A DNA stretch of 64,000 nucleotides from an uncultured delta proteobacterium. GTDB taxonomy: Bacteria > Myxococcota_A > Polyangia > Fen-1088. The position numbers and the translations under genes were made by a program. Location of the stretch: contig CAWCMR010000006.1 in NCBI GenBank assembly GCA_963796685.1, positions 261,460 through 325,459 of the forward strand. The letters are read 5' to 3'. How positions within the stretch are numbered: the stretch's first letter is position 1; each line of letters starts with the position of its first letter. Below, piece after piece: positions 48,192 to 61,586 of this stretch. The notes under the pieces were generated by a model. It was given only the letters and a program-made list of their open reading frames with translations, did not search any database and was not told the origin of the DNA.

Positions 48192-50983
48192 ATGTCACCG
48201 ATCTCCCCCCGCCATCCCTACGTCGGCTTTCTTGGGCAGGTGCAGAAGCCGTCCCGCTACACGGGTGGCGAATATGGCGAGCGGCGCATCGCTCCCGCGA
48301 CGGCGAGGGCGCGCGTGTGTCTGGCCTTTCCCGACGTCTACGACATCGGGATGTCTCACCTCGGAACCAAGATCCTATACGGCCTTCTGGGCAAGACGGA
48401 GGGCATTGCGTGCGAACGCGTGTTCGCGCCCTGGCTCGACATGGAGAAGGAGCTGCGCAGCCGATCCCTGCCGCTGTACACGCTGGAGACCGCCAGCCCA
48501 CTGGGCGATTTCGACGTTGTGGGGTTCTCCTTGCAGTACGAGCTGAACTTCACCGGGGTGCTGAGCATTCTCGATTTGGGTGGGCTGCCGTTGCGCTGGG
48601 CGGCGCGCCGGGACCGCGACCCCTTGGTGCTGGCGGGCGGTCCCGTCGCCACGCACCCGGAACCGCTGGCGCCGTTCATCGACGCCTTCTTCATCGGCGA
48701 GGCGGAAGAGCTGCTGCCCGCGCTTTGCCTGGAGGCCGCGGACCTGCGACGGGCGAAGATCGCCCGTATGGAAATCTTGGCGCGTCTCGCGCAGAAGTAT
48801 CCTCTCTACGTTCCGGCGCTCCACGCGACCGAACGAGACGAAGCGACCGGATTCGTCGTGGTCGGCGAGCCGACCGATGCGCGGGTCTCCAGGCGCACCC
48901 GTCGCGTCTGGGTGAAGGCTCTCGACCGGTTCCCGTTTCCGGATGATTCGCCGTTGCCCCACGCCGAGGCGGTTTTCGATCGCATGGCGGTGGAGATCGC
49001 GCGCGGCTGCACCGAGGGTTGCCGGTTCTGCCAGGCCGGCGTCATCTACCGGCCGGTGCGCGAGCGCGATCCCGTCGCGGTCATCGATGCGCTCGTGGGC
49101 GGGATTCGCAAGGGAGGTTACGACGAGACCTCGCTGGCTTCGCTGTCGCCCGCCGACTACTCGTGCGTGACGCCTCTGGTTCGTCGGGCCATGGCCAAGC
49201 TGCGCGACGAGAAGGTCTCGCTGTCGGTGTCCTCGCTACGCGCCTACGGCCTCGATGAAGAGTTGCTTGGCGATCTGGCCGCTGGCGGCATCACCGGGCT
49301 CACCTTTTCACCCGAGGCCGGCACCCAGCGCATGCGCGACCTCATCAACAAGAACGTCACCGAGGACGACATCCTGGAATCCGCGGAGCGCGTGTTCTCG
49401 CGCGGGCACCAGCGCATGAAGCTCTACTTCATGATCGGTCTTCCGACGGAGACCGACGACGACGTCATCGGCATCGTCGAGACCGCCGCGCGCGTACAAG
49501 CCATCGGCCGGCGTTACCTGCGCGCCGCCAAGGTCACGGCCGCGGTGTCGACCTTCGTGCCCAAGCCGCACACGCCTTTTCAGTGGGCGGCCATGGACGG
49601 CCGCGAAGAGACGGCGCGGAAACACGGACTGCTCGCCGAGCATGCGCGTCGCCTGCGCGTGGAGCTGCGCACGCACGAGAACACCCAGTCGCATCTCGAA
49701 GCCATCTTCGCGCGCGGCGACCGCGCCTGCGCGGAAGTGCTGGAGCGCGCCTTCGAGCTCGGTTGCCGGTTCGACGGCTGGAGCGAAGCCTTCCGCCCGG
49801 ATCTCTGGCAGCAAGCCATGGACGAGGAGCGGACTGCCCACGGTTTCGACCCCGAGCGCTACCTCGGCGCCATCCCCGAAGCGGCACGCCTGCCCTGGGA
49901 CCACATCGACGTGGGGGTCGAGGACGAGTTTCTGCGCAAGGAGCTGCGCAAGGCGATGCAGGACAAGGTCTCTCCCCCGTGTGGAAAGCCGGCGGGCCGG
50001 CTTTTGCACCCCGCCAGCGTGACCGATGCCGAAGCGGCCGACGATCGCAAGCTGGTTTGTTACGACTGCGGGGTCGCGTGCGACCTCGGCGAGATGAAGC
50101 GCCAGCGGCTGTTCTTTCTGCGCCGGATGAACGCCTGGTCGCCGCGTACACCACTGCCGAGCGTGCGGCGAAGCGGCCCAAACAGCGGCCGTCGAAGCCG
50201 CCCCGACCCGCGACCGATTCCATGCAAGGCGAGCACGCTCGCTTTCGCCTGCGCTACAGCAAGCTCGGTCCCGCCGCCTTTCTCGCGCACCTGGATCTGG
50301 TCCGCCACCTGCCGCGCGCCTTCCGTCGCGCCGGCCTCGAGATCTACTATTCGAAGGGCTTTCACCCCAAGCCCGGGCTTGCCTTTGGTCCGGCTTTGGG
50401 TCTGGGGATTCCTTCTCTTGGCGAGTACCTCGACGTGAAGCTGGTGGACAAGGTGACACCCGACGAGATCCTGCAGCGCCTGCGCGCCGTTTCGCCGCCA
50501 GGGATTGAATTCTTGGCCGCGGCGGCGTTGGTGGACGGTGATCGGCCCCTCGGCCGCGTGCTCGCCGAATCGCACTATGCGGTTCGATTGCCCGAGGGCC
50601 TGTCTGCCCACACCGCCGAGGCCCTGTGGAACGCTGGCGCGCCGTTGCTGGCAACCCGCCGCGAGCGTAGCGACAGCCGAAGGCCCGACCGCGGCAACAC
50701 CAGCGACGTGCGCAAGAGCATCGTGTTCGCGAAGACGTGCGGGATCGAAGAGCGGCGGCTACTGGCCGAGAAGCTCGGCTGGCCGGAGGAGGAGCGGGTG
50801 CTCGCATTCGGCCTGGTGGTCAGCGCCCTGGGCAGTGCGAGGCCGGTGGAGGTGATCGAAGCCTTCTTCGGGGAGGAGGCGCCGGGCGGCTGCGAGATCG
50901 TGAGGATGGGGCTGTACGCGAGCGTCGCGGGCGACACCGTCGACCCGGTGGAAGTCGCGCGCTTGCGGGCGGACGCCCGATAG
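48192..50983 (+). CDS. TIGR03960-like radical SAM protein fused to TIGR03936/DUF2344-like domain; frameshift near 50155
   Basis: KPSRYTGGE, FPDVYDIGMSHLG, CTEGCRFC; second frame HLDL....RA.RRAG...YSKGFHPKP. Confidence 0.88.
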
Positions 50984-51081
50984 CATTGGGTGGGCGTCCC
51001 GCCAAGGGGTGGAAGGGGCGCGGCAACCCGCCTGGCACCTGCTTTCTTGCCAAGCTATACCTCCGACAGGGAGGAGAAGGC

Positions 51082-51945
51082 ATGCGCTCATGGCAGAAGA
51101 ATCTTGCAGCGATGATCGGGATGGCCGCGACGTTCAGCGGATGCGCGGGAAAGGCGGCCCAGACCTCACCACGGACGGTAGCGGACGCGACCAGCGAGCC
51201 ATCTCCGGTGACGGACCTTTTGCAACATCACCGCCATCACCACCACGGTGGTGTTCTGATGCTCATCGCGATGAGTCTCGACACGCTCGGGCTGTCACCC
51301 GAGGAGCAAGCGCGAATCGAAGCGATACGCTCGGATCTCATGGCCAAAATGGAACCTTCCAGAAACGACGAGCTCAAGCTGATTGGGCTTCTGGCCAGCG
51401 GCCTGGAGCAATCATCCATCGATCCGGCCAAGGTGAACGAGGCCATTGCTCAAATGGCGACCTCGTCCGAGGCCGTGCATGCAACCGCCATCGATGATTT
51501 GAACCGGCTTCACGGCATCCTGACACCGTCCCAGCGGCGGGCTCTGGTGGAGAAGGTGGAAGCTCATTGGCAATTGTGGAAACGCGCCAACACCGGCGAG
51601 AGGAGACCGACCGTTGCCATCGGGCAAGAGATCGGATTGACCTCCGAGCAAATCCGACGGGTGCAGAACGAGCTCGATGCGCAATCCCCGCCATCGCCCG
51701 AGAAGGAAAGCGAGATTCGGGATTACCTCCGCAATTTCTCGCAGGCGTTCACCGCGGACACCTTCGATGCAAGCACGCTCAAAGCGGCGAGCGGCGCCAA
51801 TCGCCAGATGTCAGAGTGGGGCGCAACCCGGCTGGCCCGCTTTTGCGAAGCGGTCAATCCTCTGCTTGCCAACGAGCAGCGGCAGAAGCTGGTCGATTTG
51901 TTGCGCGAGCATCTGACCCACGATGAAGGTCAAGCCAAGGAGTGA
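51082..51945 (+). CDS. Spy/CpxP-like lipoprotein with His-rich motif
   Basis: GGAGG RBS; lipobox FSGC; HHRHHHH; LSPEEQ/LTPSQ/LTSEQ repeats. Confidence 0.7.
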   Translation: MRSWQKNLAAMIGMAATFSGCAGKAAQTSPRTVADATSEPSPVTDLLQHHRHHHHGGVLMLIAMSLDTLGLSPEEQARIEAIRSDLMAKMEPSRNDELKLIGLLASGLEQSSIDPAKVNEAIAQMATSSEAVHATAIDDLNRLHGILTPSQRRALVEKVEAHWQLWKRANTGERRPTVAIGQEIGLTSEQIRRVQNELDAQSPPSPEKESEIRDYLRNFSQAFTADTFDASTLKAASGANRQMSEWGATRLARFCEAVNPLLANEQRQKLVDLLREHLTHDEGQAKE

Positions 51946-51949
51946 TGCC

Positions 51950-52339
51950 ATGACTCGACTGTTTTGCTTCGTACGCAAGTCTGCGGTTGTCGGCGCACTT
52001 TGTTGGACCGTCCTTTCCTTTGGCGGTTGCTATGCGGGCACCGGCTACGCCGTGGAGTCGGACGACTACGACGACCTGCCGCCCGACTTCGTCGTGACGG
52101 CGCAGCCCTATTACTTCGAAGGGCGGCCCACCTATTGGTACCATGACCATTGGCACTATCGAGACGGCGACCACTGGCGGTACTACCGTTCCGAGCCGGC
52201 GCCCTTGCGCGCGCTCCGGAACCAGCCGCGGTTTTCGCGCCAGGCGCCTCGCACGTACGAACGCCCCTCCCATCCACCGCCACCACCCGCACGCCCCCAA
52301 GCGCCGCGCGGCGGCGGCCATCGGATGCCGAGACGTTAG
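51950..52339 (+). CDS. Small lipoprotein with aromatic-rich core
   Basis: AAGGAG RBS; FGGC; PYYFEGRPTYWYHDHWHY. Confidence 0.6.
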   Translation: MTRLFCFVRKSAVVGALCWTVLSFGGCYAGTGYAVESDDYDDLPPDFVVTAQPYYFEGRPTYWYHDHWHYRDGDHWRYYRSEPAPLRALRNQPRFSRQAPRTYERPSHPPPPPARPQAPRGGGHRMPRR

Positions 52340-52358
52340 CATCGGGGCCTATCCGGTC

Positions 52359-54152
52359 ATGGCCTCTCGTATCGAAGACTACGCCCTCATAGGGGATACG
52401 CAGACCGCCGCCCTGGTAGGCCGGGACGGGTCCATCGACTGGCTGTGCGCGCCGCGCTTCGATTCCGCCGCCTGTTTCGCCGCGCTGCTTGGCGAGCCGG
52501 CGCAAGGGAGATGGTTGCTCGCTCCCCGCAAGGCGAACCCCGACCTGACTCGCAGGCGTTACCACCCTGGAACGCTCGTGCTCGAAACCACCTTCGTGAC
52601 CCCCGATGGCTCCGTTCGCGTGCTCGACTTCATGTCTCCTCGCGACGGCAAGCTGGAGGTGGTGCGCATTGTCGAGGGCATCGACGGTGAGGTCCCCATG
52701 CGCTTCGAGCTCGTGATTCGCTTCGACTACGGCTCGATCCTTCCGTGGGTCACGCGCTTGCCCGGCGGGCGGCTGCGCGCCATCGCGGGCGCCGACGCCC
52801 TGGTGCTCGACGCGGCCGTGGCGCCGCATGGCGAAGGGTTCACGACCGTGGCGGACTTCGTCGTCCGCCCCAAGCGGAGGCTGCCTTTCGTGCTCACCTG
52901 GTATCCGTCGAACGAGAGGGCCCCCGCGCCGATCGACGCCGAGGCTGCCCTTGCGGCCACCCTTGCCTGGTGGCGGGAATGGTCGGGACGGTGCCGTTAC
53001 CGCGGGCCCTGGCAGGAGGAAGTGCAGGCGTCGCTCGTCACGCTCAAGGCGCTGACCTACGCGCCGACCGGCGCCGTCGTCGCGGCGGCGACGACCTCGC
53101 TGCCGGAACGGCCGGGCGGCGTGCGCAATTGGGACTATCGCTATTGCTGGCTGCGCGACGCGACCTTCACTCTCTACGCGCTTCACCTGGCCGGCTATGC
53201 CAGTGAGGCTGCGGCCTGGCGAGACTGGCTGCTGCGGGCCGTGGCGGGCGATCCAGGCAAGCTGCAGATCATGTATGGGGTCGCCGGCGAGCGGCGGCTG
53301 CCCGAGATCGAGATCGACTGGCTGCCCGGCTACGAGGGCTCGCGTCCGGTTCGGACGGGCAACGCCGCCGTTCGCCAGCTGCAGCTCGACGTCTATGGGG
53401 AGGTGATGGACGCCCTCTACCAGACCCATCGCGCCGGGCTACCCTCGGACGCGACCGCGTGGCGATTGCAGGCGGCGCTGCTCGACTTCCTCGAGCGCTC
53501 GTGGGCGGGGCCCGACGAGGGGTTGTGGGAGGTGCGCGGCCCGCGCCAGCACTTCACGCACTCGAAGGTCATGGCGTGGGTCGCGTTCGATCGCGCGATC
53601 AAGTCCGTCGAGTCGCGGCGGCTGCCCGGGCCCGTCGACCGCTGGCGCAGGCTCCGCGACCAGATCCACGCCGAGGTTTGCGCGCACGGGTTCGACCCGC
53701 GCCAGGGGGCGTTTACCCAGGCGTACGGATCGTCTCATCTCGACGCCAGCCTCCTGCTCATCCCGCAGGTTGGTTTCCTGCCCGCCGACGACCCGCGTGT
53801 CGTGGGCACCGTGGCCGCCATCGAACGTGAGCTGCTGCGCGATGGCTTCGTCCTGCGCTACCCCCATGCGGGGCAAGACGGGCTGCCGCCCGGCGAGGGT
53901 GTCTTTTTGGCGTGCAGCTTTTGGCTCGCGGACTGCCATGCGCTGATGGGTCGGATGGACGATGCAAAGGCCCTCTTCGGAAGGCTCCTGGCCTTGCGCA
54001 ACGATGTCGGCTTGCTCGCCGAGGAGTACGACCCGGTCCTCCGACGCCAGCTCGGCAACTTTCCCCAGGCCTTTTCGCACGTCGGGCTCATCAACACGGC
54101 CTTCAACCTGACGCCCGCGCATACGCAGCCGGCGCGCCACCGCCGAGAATGA
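52359..54152 (+). CDS. GH15 glycoside hydrolase (trehalase/glucoamylase-like)
   Basis: IEDYALIGD, WDYRYCWLRD, QLDVYGE, WEVRG, LLAEE, GNFPQAFSH. Confidence 0.95.
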   Translation: MASRIEDYALIGDTQTAALVGRDGSIDWLCAPRFDSAACFAALLGEPAQGRWLLAPRKANPDLTRRRYHPGTLVLETTFVTPDGSVRVLDFMSPRDGKLEVVRIVEGIDGEVPMRFELVIRFDYGSILPWVTRLPGGRLRAIAGADALVLDAAVAPHGEGFTTVADFVVRPKRRLPFVLTWYPSNERAPAPIDAEAALAATLAWWREWSGRCRYRGPWQEEVQASLVTLKALTYAPTGAVVAAATTSLPERPGGVRNWDYRYCWLRDATFTLYALHLAGYASEAAAWRDWLLRAVAGDPGKLQIMYGVAGERRLPEIEIDWLPGYEGSRPVRTGNAAVRQLQLDVYGEVMDALYQTHRAGLPSDATAWRLQAALLDFLERSWAGPDEGLWEVRGPRQHFTHSKVMAWVAFDRAIKSVESRRLPGPVDRWRRLRDQIHAEVCAHGFDPRQGAFTQAYGSSHLDASLLLIPQVGFLPADDPRVVGTVAAIERELLRDGFVLRYPHAGQDGLPPGEGVFLACSFWLADCHALMGRMDDAKALFGRLLALRNDVGLLAEEYDPVLRRQLGNFPQAFSHVGLINTAFNLTPAHTQPARHRRE

Positions 54153-54225
54153 GAGGCCGAGCGTCTTCTCGTGCGCCGATCCGCCGGTGCGGCTTCGGAA
54201 AAGGCGCAAGGACGTCCGGCTTGAA

Positions 54226-54567
54226 TCAGGGTGAACAATCGGCGCCGATGAAGCAAGCCTGCACGTCGGTCTCGACCTGGGTCAAGGTGTTGCACTGGAG
54301 TGCCGCGGTACAGTTCACGAGTTGCGTGATCTTCGGGCATCCCCCGGTGGTGCACCTGGCGATGCACGTATCCACGGTTGCGTAGTTCGAACCGAGCAGC
54401 GTGCTGGGCGCGACCCCGAGCTTGGTTCCACAAGCAAAGAGGTTGTTGCAGGCGTCCGTGCACGTCTTGTCGGAACCGCCGCAATCGGCGATGCCAATGA
54501 AAGCGACAGCGGCAAGCATCGCCAACAAGGAGCGAAAAAGCCAGGAATGAGCCACGGGGACCTCCAA
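54226..54567 (-). CDS. Small Cys-rich secreted protein
   Basis: Hydrophobic N-terminus then multiple CxxxC motifs; start uncertain. Confidence 0.6.
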   Translation of the reverse strand: MEVPVAHSWLFRSLLAMLAAVAFIGIADCGGSDKTCTDACNNLFACGTKLGVAPSTLLGSNYATVDTCIARCTTGGCPKITQLVNCTAALQCNTLTQVETDVQACFIGADCSP

Positions 54568-54610
54568 AGGCGACTATACACCATCTGCGCGCAAGAGGCG
54601 CAGGGACCCG

Positions 54611-54798
54611 TAATCCCGCGACAAGCTCAGTGCTCTCGCGGAAGGCCGCAGAAAGAGACACCTTTCCACGATGGATGCTCGCACCCAATCGGAACGGCGA
54701 GTGGTGGTCGTAGTCGTAGTCGTCCCCGTGGCCGTGGCCGTGGCCGACGAAGATCACTCCAACCACGGCCACGACCTTCTGCGGCTATCGCGGGATTA
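54611..54798. mobile_element. MITE-like repeat, copy 2 (inverted relative to copy 1)
   Basis: Same terminal IR; its reverse complement aligns with 44308-44504. Confidence 0.8.
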
Positions 54799-54911
54799 GG
54801 GGGACCGATAACGCCTAAGGAAGCCAAGAAAGCAGGAAGAAGGAGAACAAGCTCATGCTCGCACCGGAGACAGATGCAGGGTAAAAGGCGACAAGAGGGA
54901 GGTCTTCGAGC

Positions 54912-55214
54912 ATGCGGAGGATTATCCGGACGTTGGGAATTCTCACGGTACTCTTCGCGATCGCTGTCTACGCCAGGGACTGTCGGATGTCCTTCAACCA
55001 GTGGAAGCAGTGTGGAGGGGATCCGGGGCGGCCAGGCATCGTGGGCGATTGGGTCCACTTCGATTGGAGACCCGCCGGAATATTCAGCGATGTCCTATAC
55101 GTCGATGGGAAACCTGCAGCCCGGCTCGTGAAATATCACTTTCACCTGGCCGACGACGTCATCGAGATTGCCTCGCTCGACGCGACAAAGACATCGCGGT
55201 ACTGCGGAAAGTAG
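54912..55214 (+). CDS. Small secreted hypothetical protein
   Basis: GGAGG RBS; signal-like N-terminus; 100 aa. Confidence 0.55.
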   Translation: MRRIIRTLGILTVLFAIAVYARDCRMSFNQWKQCGGDPGRPGIVGDWVHFDWRPAGIFSDVLYVDGKPAARLVKYHFHLADDVIEIASLDATKTSRYCGK

Positions 55215-55321
55215 GGGCTCCATGACATGACCATTCCGTTCCCCAAATCCGCGCTTGACAGACGCGCGCGGGTCGGGCGTTATCCCCCCTGGCCGCAACG
55301 GCAAAACAGGAGAAATGCGGA

Positions 55322-55894
55322 ATGAAGCTTCGCCCAGCGCCGCCCGAACGCAATTTGGTCGAACGTTCCGAGATCCTGGATGCCGTGTCCATGGCGCGCG
55401 TGGTGCGGCGGATCGCCTTCGAAATCGTCGAGCGTAACGGGCACGAGGCCTACTTCGTGGGTATTCGAACCGGCGGTGCCTTTCTGGCCGAGCGCATGGT
55501 GAAGCTGCTGGTCGAAGGCGGCGAGAAACGTCCGGACTTGGGCGCCATCGACATCGCGCTCTACCGCGACGATGTCTTCCTGGGCTTGACCAAACCCGAG
55601 ATCGGGCCGACCGATTTGAAGAAGACCATCGACGACCGCACCGTGGTTCTGATCGACGACGTCCTCTTCACCGGGCGGACCGTGCGCGCGGCCATGGACG
55701 TGCTGGCCGACTACGGCCGGCCGCGCGCGGTTCAGCTTGCGGTGCTGGTCGACCGTGGCCGGCGCGAACTGCCCATTCAACCCGACTACGTGGGAGTTCG
55801 TTTTCAGACCACGGCCGAGCAATCGGTGCGCGTGATGTTCAGCGAGCGCGGCGAGACCGATCGCGTGGTGCTGCGAGAAAGGAGCGGATCGTGA
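55322..55894 (+). CDS. pyrR: Pyrimidine regulatory protein/uracil phosphoribosyltransferase
   Basis: [28 protein letters not shown]. Confidence 0.95.
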   Translation: MKLRPAPPERNLVERSEILDAVSMARVVRRIAFEIVERNGHEAYFVGIRTGGAFLAERMVKLLVEGGEKRPDLGAIDIALYRDDVFLGLTKPEIGPTDLKKTIDDRTVVLIDDVLFTGRTVRAAMDVLADYGRPRAVQLAVLVDRGRRELPIQPDYVGVRFQTTAEQSVRVMFSERGETDRVVLRERSGS

Positions 55895-56835
55895 CCGCGT
55901 CCCTGCCGTTTTCCCAGAAGCACCTGCTCGGCATGGAGCACCTTTCCGTCGAGGAGATCACGACCATCCTCGACCACGGTGAGCGCTTTCTCGAGATCGC
56001 CGAACGCCCCATCAAGAAGGTGCCCACCCTGCGCGGCAAGACGGTCATCAACCTGTTTCTCGAACCGTCCACGCGCACGCGCACGTCGTTCGAGATCGCG
56101 GCCAAACGCCTGTCCGCCGACGGGGTCAACTTCACCGCGTCGTCCTCGTCGACCACCAAGGGCGAGACCCTCATCGACACGGCGACCAACCTCGATGCCA
56201 TGAGCCCGGACATCGTGGTGATTCGCCACGCCCAGGCGGGCTCGGCACACCTGCTCACCAGGCACATCAAGGCGGCTGTCGTGAACGCCGGCGACGGCCA
56301 ACACGAACACCCGACACAGGCCTTGCTGGACGCCTCCACGATTCGCGCCCACAAGGGCAAGATCGCGGGGCTCACCGTGGTCATCTGCGGCGACATCGAC
56401 CACAGCCGAGTGGCCCGCTCGAACATCTTTGCGCTTCGCAAATTGGGGGCGAAGGTGCGCGTGGCCGGTCCGCGTTCGCTTCTGCCCCTCGGCATCGAAA
56501 GCCTGGGCGTGCAGGCCTTCGACCGCATCGAGCCGGCGCTGGAAGACGCGGACGTGGTGATGATGTTGCGCATCCAGCTCGAACGCAAAGCCGGTGGGCG
56601 CTTTCCCAACACGCGGGAGTATGCGCGCTACTTCGGGCTCAACGCCCACCGCCTGGCTCTGGCCAAGCCCGACGCCATCGTCATGCACCCCGGACCCATG
56701 AATCGCGGCGTCGAGATCGATCCCTCGGTGGCCGACGGACCACGCTCGGTGATCCTGGAGCAAGTCGCGCGCGGGGTGGCCGTTCGCATGGCCGTGCTCT
56801 ACCTGCTGGGCGGCGGTAGCGACGCAACGGAGTGA
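55891..56835 (+). CDS. pyrB: Aspartate carbamoyltransferase catalytic subunit
   Basis: EPSTRT, HPTQ, HSRVARS, MHPGP. Confidence 0.97.
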   Translation: MTASLPFSQKHLLGMEHLSVEEITTILDHGERFLEIAERPIKKVPTLRGKTVINLFLEPSTRTRTSFEIAAKRLSADGVNFTASSSSTTKGETLIDTATNLDAMSPDIVVIRHAQAGSAHLLTRHIKAAVVNAGDGQHEHPTQALLDASTIRAHKGKIAGLTVVICGDIDHSRVARSNIFALRKLGAKVRVAGPRSLLPLGIESLGVQAFDRIEPALEDADVVMMLRIQLERKAGGRFPNTREYARYFGLNAHRLALAKPDAIVMHPGPMNRGVEIDPSVADGPRSVILEQVARGVAVRMAVLYLLGGGSDATE

Positions 56836-56893
56836 ATGGGAGTCTCGATCTTGACAGGTGCGCTTGTGAAGTCCTATGTGAGGAGCGTTTTTC

Positions 56894-58192
56894 ATGGCTG
56901 ACATTCTTCTGCGCGGTGGACGCGTGATCGATCCGGCACGCAACGTCGATGCAATCGCCGACGTGCTTCTGCAGAACGGCAAGGTTGCCAAGATCGAGCC
57001 TGGCATCGCGGCGCCGACGGCCAGAGACGCGCGCACCGTCGATGTCACGGGCAAGTGGGTCGTTTCTGGGCTCATCGACATGCACACCCACCTGCGCGAG
57101 CCCGGCCAGGAATACAAAGAGAACATCGAGACCGGCACCCGCGCCGCGGCCGCGGGTGGATTCACTGCGGTGTGCGCCATGCCCAATACGGTTCCGCCCA
57201 ACGACAACCGCGCCATCACCGAGCTGATGGTGCGCCGGGCACGCGAGGTCGGCGCTGTTCGTGTCTACCCCATCGGCTGCATCACGGCCGGGCAGAAGGG
57301 CGAGACCCTGGCCGAGATGGGCGAGATGAAGGACGCCGGTATCGTCGCGGTTTCCGACGACGGCCGCAGCGTCATGAACAGCGAGGTCATGCGACGCGCG
57401 CTGGAGTACGCGCGCGGCCTCGGACTGGTCGTCATCCAGCACGCCGAGGACACCTGCCTGTCGGCGGGGGGACCGGCCCACGAAGGCGCGGCGACGACAC
57501 GCATCGGCTTGCGCGGCCAACCGGCCGCGGCCGAATCAGCCATGGTGGCGCGCGATCTCGAGCTGGTGGCGCTGACAGGCGCCCGCTACCACGTGGCCCA
57601 TGTCAGTTGCGCCGAGACGGTGCGTTTGGTTCGCGAGGCCAAGCGGCGCGGCTTGCCCGTGACCTGCGAGGTGACCCCGCACCACCTGACCCTGACGGAC
57701 GAGGCTTGTGCCGGCTACGACACCGCGACGCGCGTGAATCCCCCCCTGCGCAGCGACCGCGATGTGGCGGCCATGCGCGAGGCGCTGGCCGACGGGACCA
57801 TCGATGCGGTGGCCACCGACCACGCGCCCCATTCCTCCCTGGAAAAGGACGTGGAGTTCGAACAGGCGGCCTCGGGCATGATTGGCCTCGAAACCGCTCT
57901 CGGGCTTTGCCTGGAGCTGGTGCACGCGAACCTCCTGACGCCGACGGCGCTCTTCGCACGTATGTCGACGGCGCCGGCCAGGATCCTCGGATTGCCAGGG
58001 GGGACGCTCGCTCCGGGCTCGGTCGCGGACGTGACGGTGGTGGATCCGCTGGTGACGTGGGTGTGCGATCCCAGCCGCTTCCGCTCGCGCTCGCGCAATT
58101 CGCCCTTTGGCGGGCGCAACATGCGCGGCCGGGCTATGCTCACCATCGTGGACGGAAACATCGCATTCGCTGAGGAGAAACTCGTTGGCTGA
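56894..58192 (+). CDS. pyrC: Dihydroorotase
   Basis: [26 protein letters not shown]. Confidence 0.95.
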   Translation: MADILLRGGRVIDPARNVDAIADVLLQNGKVAKIEPGIAAPTARDARTVDVTGKWVVSGLIDMHTHLREPGQEYKENIETGTRAAAAGGFTAVCAMPNTVPPNDNRAITELMVRRAREVGAVRVYPIGCITAGQKGETLAEMGEMKDAGIVAVSDDGRSVMNSEVMRRALEYARGLGLVVIQHAEDTCLSAGGPAHEGAATTRIGLRGQPAAAESAMVARDLELVALTGARYHVAHVSCAETVRLVREAKRRGLPVTCEVTPHHLTLTDEACAGYDTATRVNPPLRSDRDVAAMREALADGTIDAVATDHAPHSSLEKDVEFEQAASGMIGLETALGLCLELVHANLLTPTALFARMSTAPARILGLPGGTLAPGSVADVTVVDPLVTWVCDPSRFRSRSRNSPFGGRNMRGRAMLTIVDGNIAFAEEKLVG

Positions 58193-59336
58193 CGACCCAC
58201 AGAACCCTTCGCCCGTGCCCGCCCTTTTGGCCTTGGAGGACGGTAGCGTCTATCGAGGCATGGCCTTCGGCGCGGCTGCTGATCAGGCCGGCGAGCTGGT
58301 GTTCAACACCGCCATCACGGGTTATCAGGAAATCCTGACCGATCCATCGTACCGTGGCCAGATCGTCATGATGACGGCGCCCGAGATCGGCAACGTCGGC
58401 GTCAACCTCGAGGACTACGAGTCGGTTCACCCGTTCTGCGCCGGGTTCGTGGTGCGCAACCTGGCCTCGCGCGTGTCGAGTTGGCGCTCCCAGGAGAGCC
58501 TGGGCGACTTCATGGCCAAGCACGGCGTGGCCGGCATCGCGGGCCTCGACACCCGTGCCATCACCAGGCGTTTGCGCATCGGCGGCGCCCAGCGCGCGCT
58601 CGTCACGCGCAACGTGGCGGATCCGGCCGCCGCCGTCGAACGCGCGCGCAAACACCCATCGCTGGAAGGTCGCGATCTGGTCCAAGAAGTCACCTCGGCC
58701 AAGCCCTACGCCTGGGATGAGGGCCTGTGGCAGACGCCCGGCAGCCGGAGAGTCGAGTTGCCCGTACGTCACCGCGTGGTTGCCTACGACTTCGGCATCA
58801 AGCGCGGCATCTTGCGCCGGCTGCGCGCCACGGGTTGCAGCGTCGAGGTGGTGCCGGCGCAGACCTCGGCCAAGGACGTGCTGGCGCAGAAACCCGACGG
58901 AATCTTCCTTTCCAACGGTCCCGGGGATCCTGCCGCCGTCGCCTATGCCGTCGAAGCCACCGCCGAGCTTTCCCGCGCCGGGCGGCCCATCTTCGGCATC
59001 TGCCTCGGCCATCAGATCCTGGGCCTCGCGCTCGGCGGCAAGACCTACAAGCTCAAGTTCGGCCACCACGGCGCCAACCATCCGGTCATGGATCTGACCA
59101 CGCGCAAGGTGGAGATCACGTCGCAAAACCACGGCTTCGCTGTCGACGTGGACTCGCTGGCCGGCAAGGCGGTGCTGACCCACGTCAACCTGAACGACAA
59201 CACCGTCGAGGGCATGCGCCACGACCGGCTGCCCATCTTCAGCGTGCAGTACCACCCCGAAGCGTCGCCCGGTCCCAACGATCCGAGCTACTTGTTCGAC
59301 CGCTTCATCAAGCTGATGGACGAAGCCCGGCGGTGA
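58185..59336 (+). CDS. carA: Carbamoyl-phosphate synthase small subunit
   Basis: [30 protein letters not shown]; TTG start inferred from GAGGAG. Confidence 0.96.
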   Translation: MADDPQNPSPVPALLALEDGSVYRGMAFGAAADQAGELVFNTAITGYQEILTDPSYRGQIVMMTAPEIGNVGVNLEDYESVHPFCAGFVVRNLASRVSSWRSQESLGDFMAKHGVAGIAGLDTRAITRRLRIGGAQRALVTRNVADPAAAVERARKHPSLEGRDLVQEVTSAKPYAWDEGLWQTPGSRRVELPVRHRVVAYDFGIKRGILRRLRATGCSVEVVPAQTSAKDVLAQKPDGIFLSNGPGDPAAVAYAVEATAELSRAGRPIFGICLGHQILGLALGGKTYKLKFGHHGANHPVMDLTTRKVEITSQNHGFAVDVDSLAGKAVLTHVNLNDNTVEGMRHDRLPIFSVQYHPEASPGPNDPSYLFDRFIKLMDEARR

Positions 59337-60025
59337 CCACGGTCGAGCCCGCGGCCAGGCGCTGGGATCCTGGCATCATTCACACCTTGCTCGACGAGCT
59401 GGCGTCGCGGTTTGCCGGGCCGGGCCATCATGCGGATGTCGCAGCGGCTCGCGAGGAGTACTTCACCCGCTCCGGCAAGGTCTTCGAGGACGACGCCGAC
59501 GTGCACGAGTCTCGCACGGTCGCATTCCTGGAATGGTACGTGATCGAGCGACCGCTGGAATCCGGTCTGCCTCCCGTGATTGCCGCGCTCGAAGATGCCC
59601 GGACGCAGCCCACGCCCATGGAGCGTTTGCAAGCCCTGGCCAGTCTTGCCGGAAGCCATCGCAGTCTGTTCGACATCGCCCACGTGGACGGCAACGTCAT
59701 CGAGCTCGAGGACATCCTCGGCGGGGCGCGCTTTCGCGTGGTCGAACGCCGCAGCACCATCGGCTTCGAGGTGGGCGCCGTGGTCGAAGCCCGCGTGGTG
59801 TGGGATGGGGAGCAGCCGGTCTTTACCAAGACCTTCCTGTTCCACCCGCGCGATGCGCGCAGCGAGGTGCTCGACTACGTCGATGGGGCGCTCTCCGCGG
59901 GCACCGACCGCGACGAAATCATGTTTCATTTGGCCCGGCTGTACCTGCGCTGGCACCGACACGGTCACAGCAACGCGGCTCGCATTTACAAGGGCCCTGC
60001 GACGATTGGTCCCGTTCCGCTTTGA
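59333..60025 (+). CDS. Hypothetical protein translationally coupled to carA
   Basis: GTGA overlap; FLEWYVIER and SHRSLF segments; 230 aa. Confidence 0.7.
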   Translation: MTTVEPAARRWDPGIIHTLLDELASRFAGPGHHADVAAAREEYFTRSGKVFEDDADVHESRTVAFLEWYVIERPLESGLPPVIAALEDARTQPTPMERLQALASLAGSHRSLFDIAHVDGNVIELEDILGGARFRVVERRSTIGFEVGAVVEARVVWDGEQPVFTKTFLFHPRDARSEVLDYVDGALSAGTDRDEIMFHLARLYLRWHRHGHSNAARIYKGPATIGPVPL

Positions 60026-60046
60026 TTCCATGATGACATGTACTAG

Positions 60047-61417
<1,371 letters not shown>

Positions 61418-61586
61418 TGCGATGCGAGAGCTGCGTTGCACAAGGACATATGCGCGGAGCAACAATTGTCGTTGGGAATGTCGTTTGCAGGCAGTTCTTC
61501 TGTCAGAATCCGGCTTGCCTCATAATGACTCCTACATATAATCGCCCGCCTAGCCGTCCGTCGATGCCCGTCGAAACGAGGAGCCC

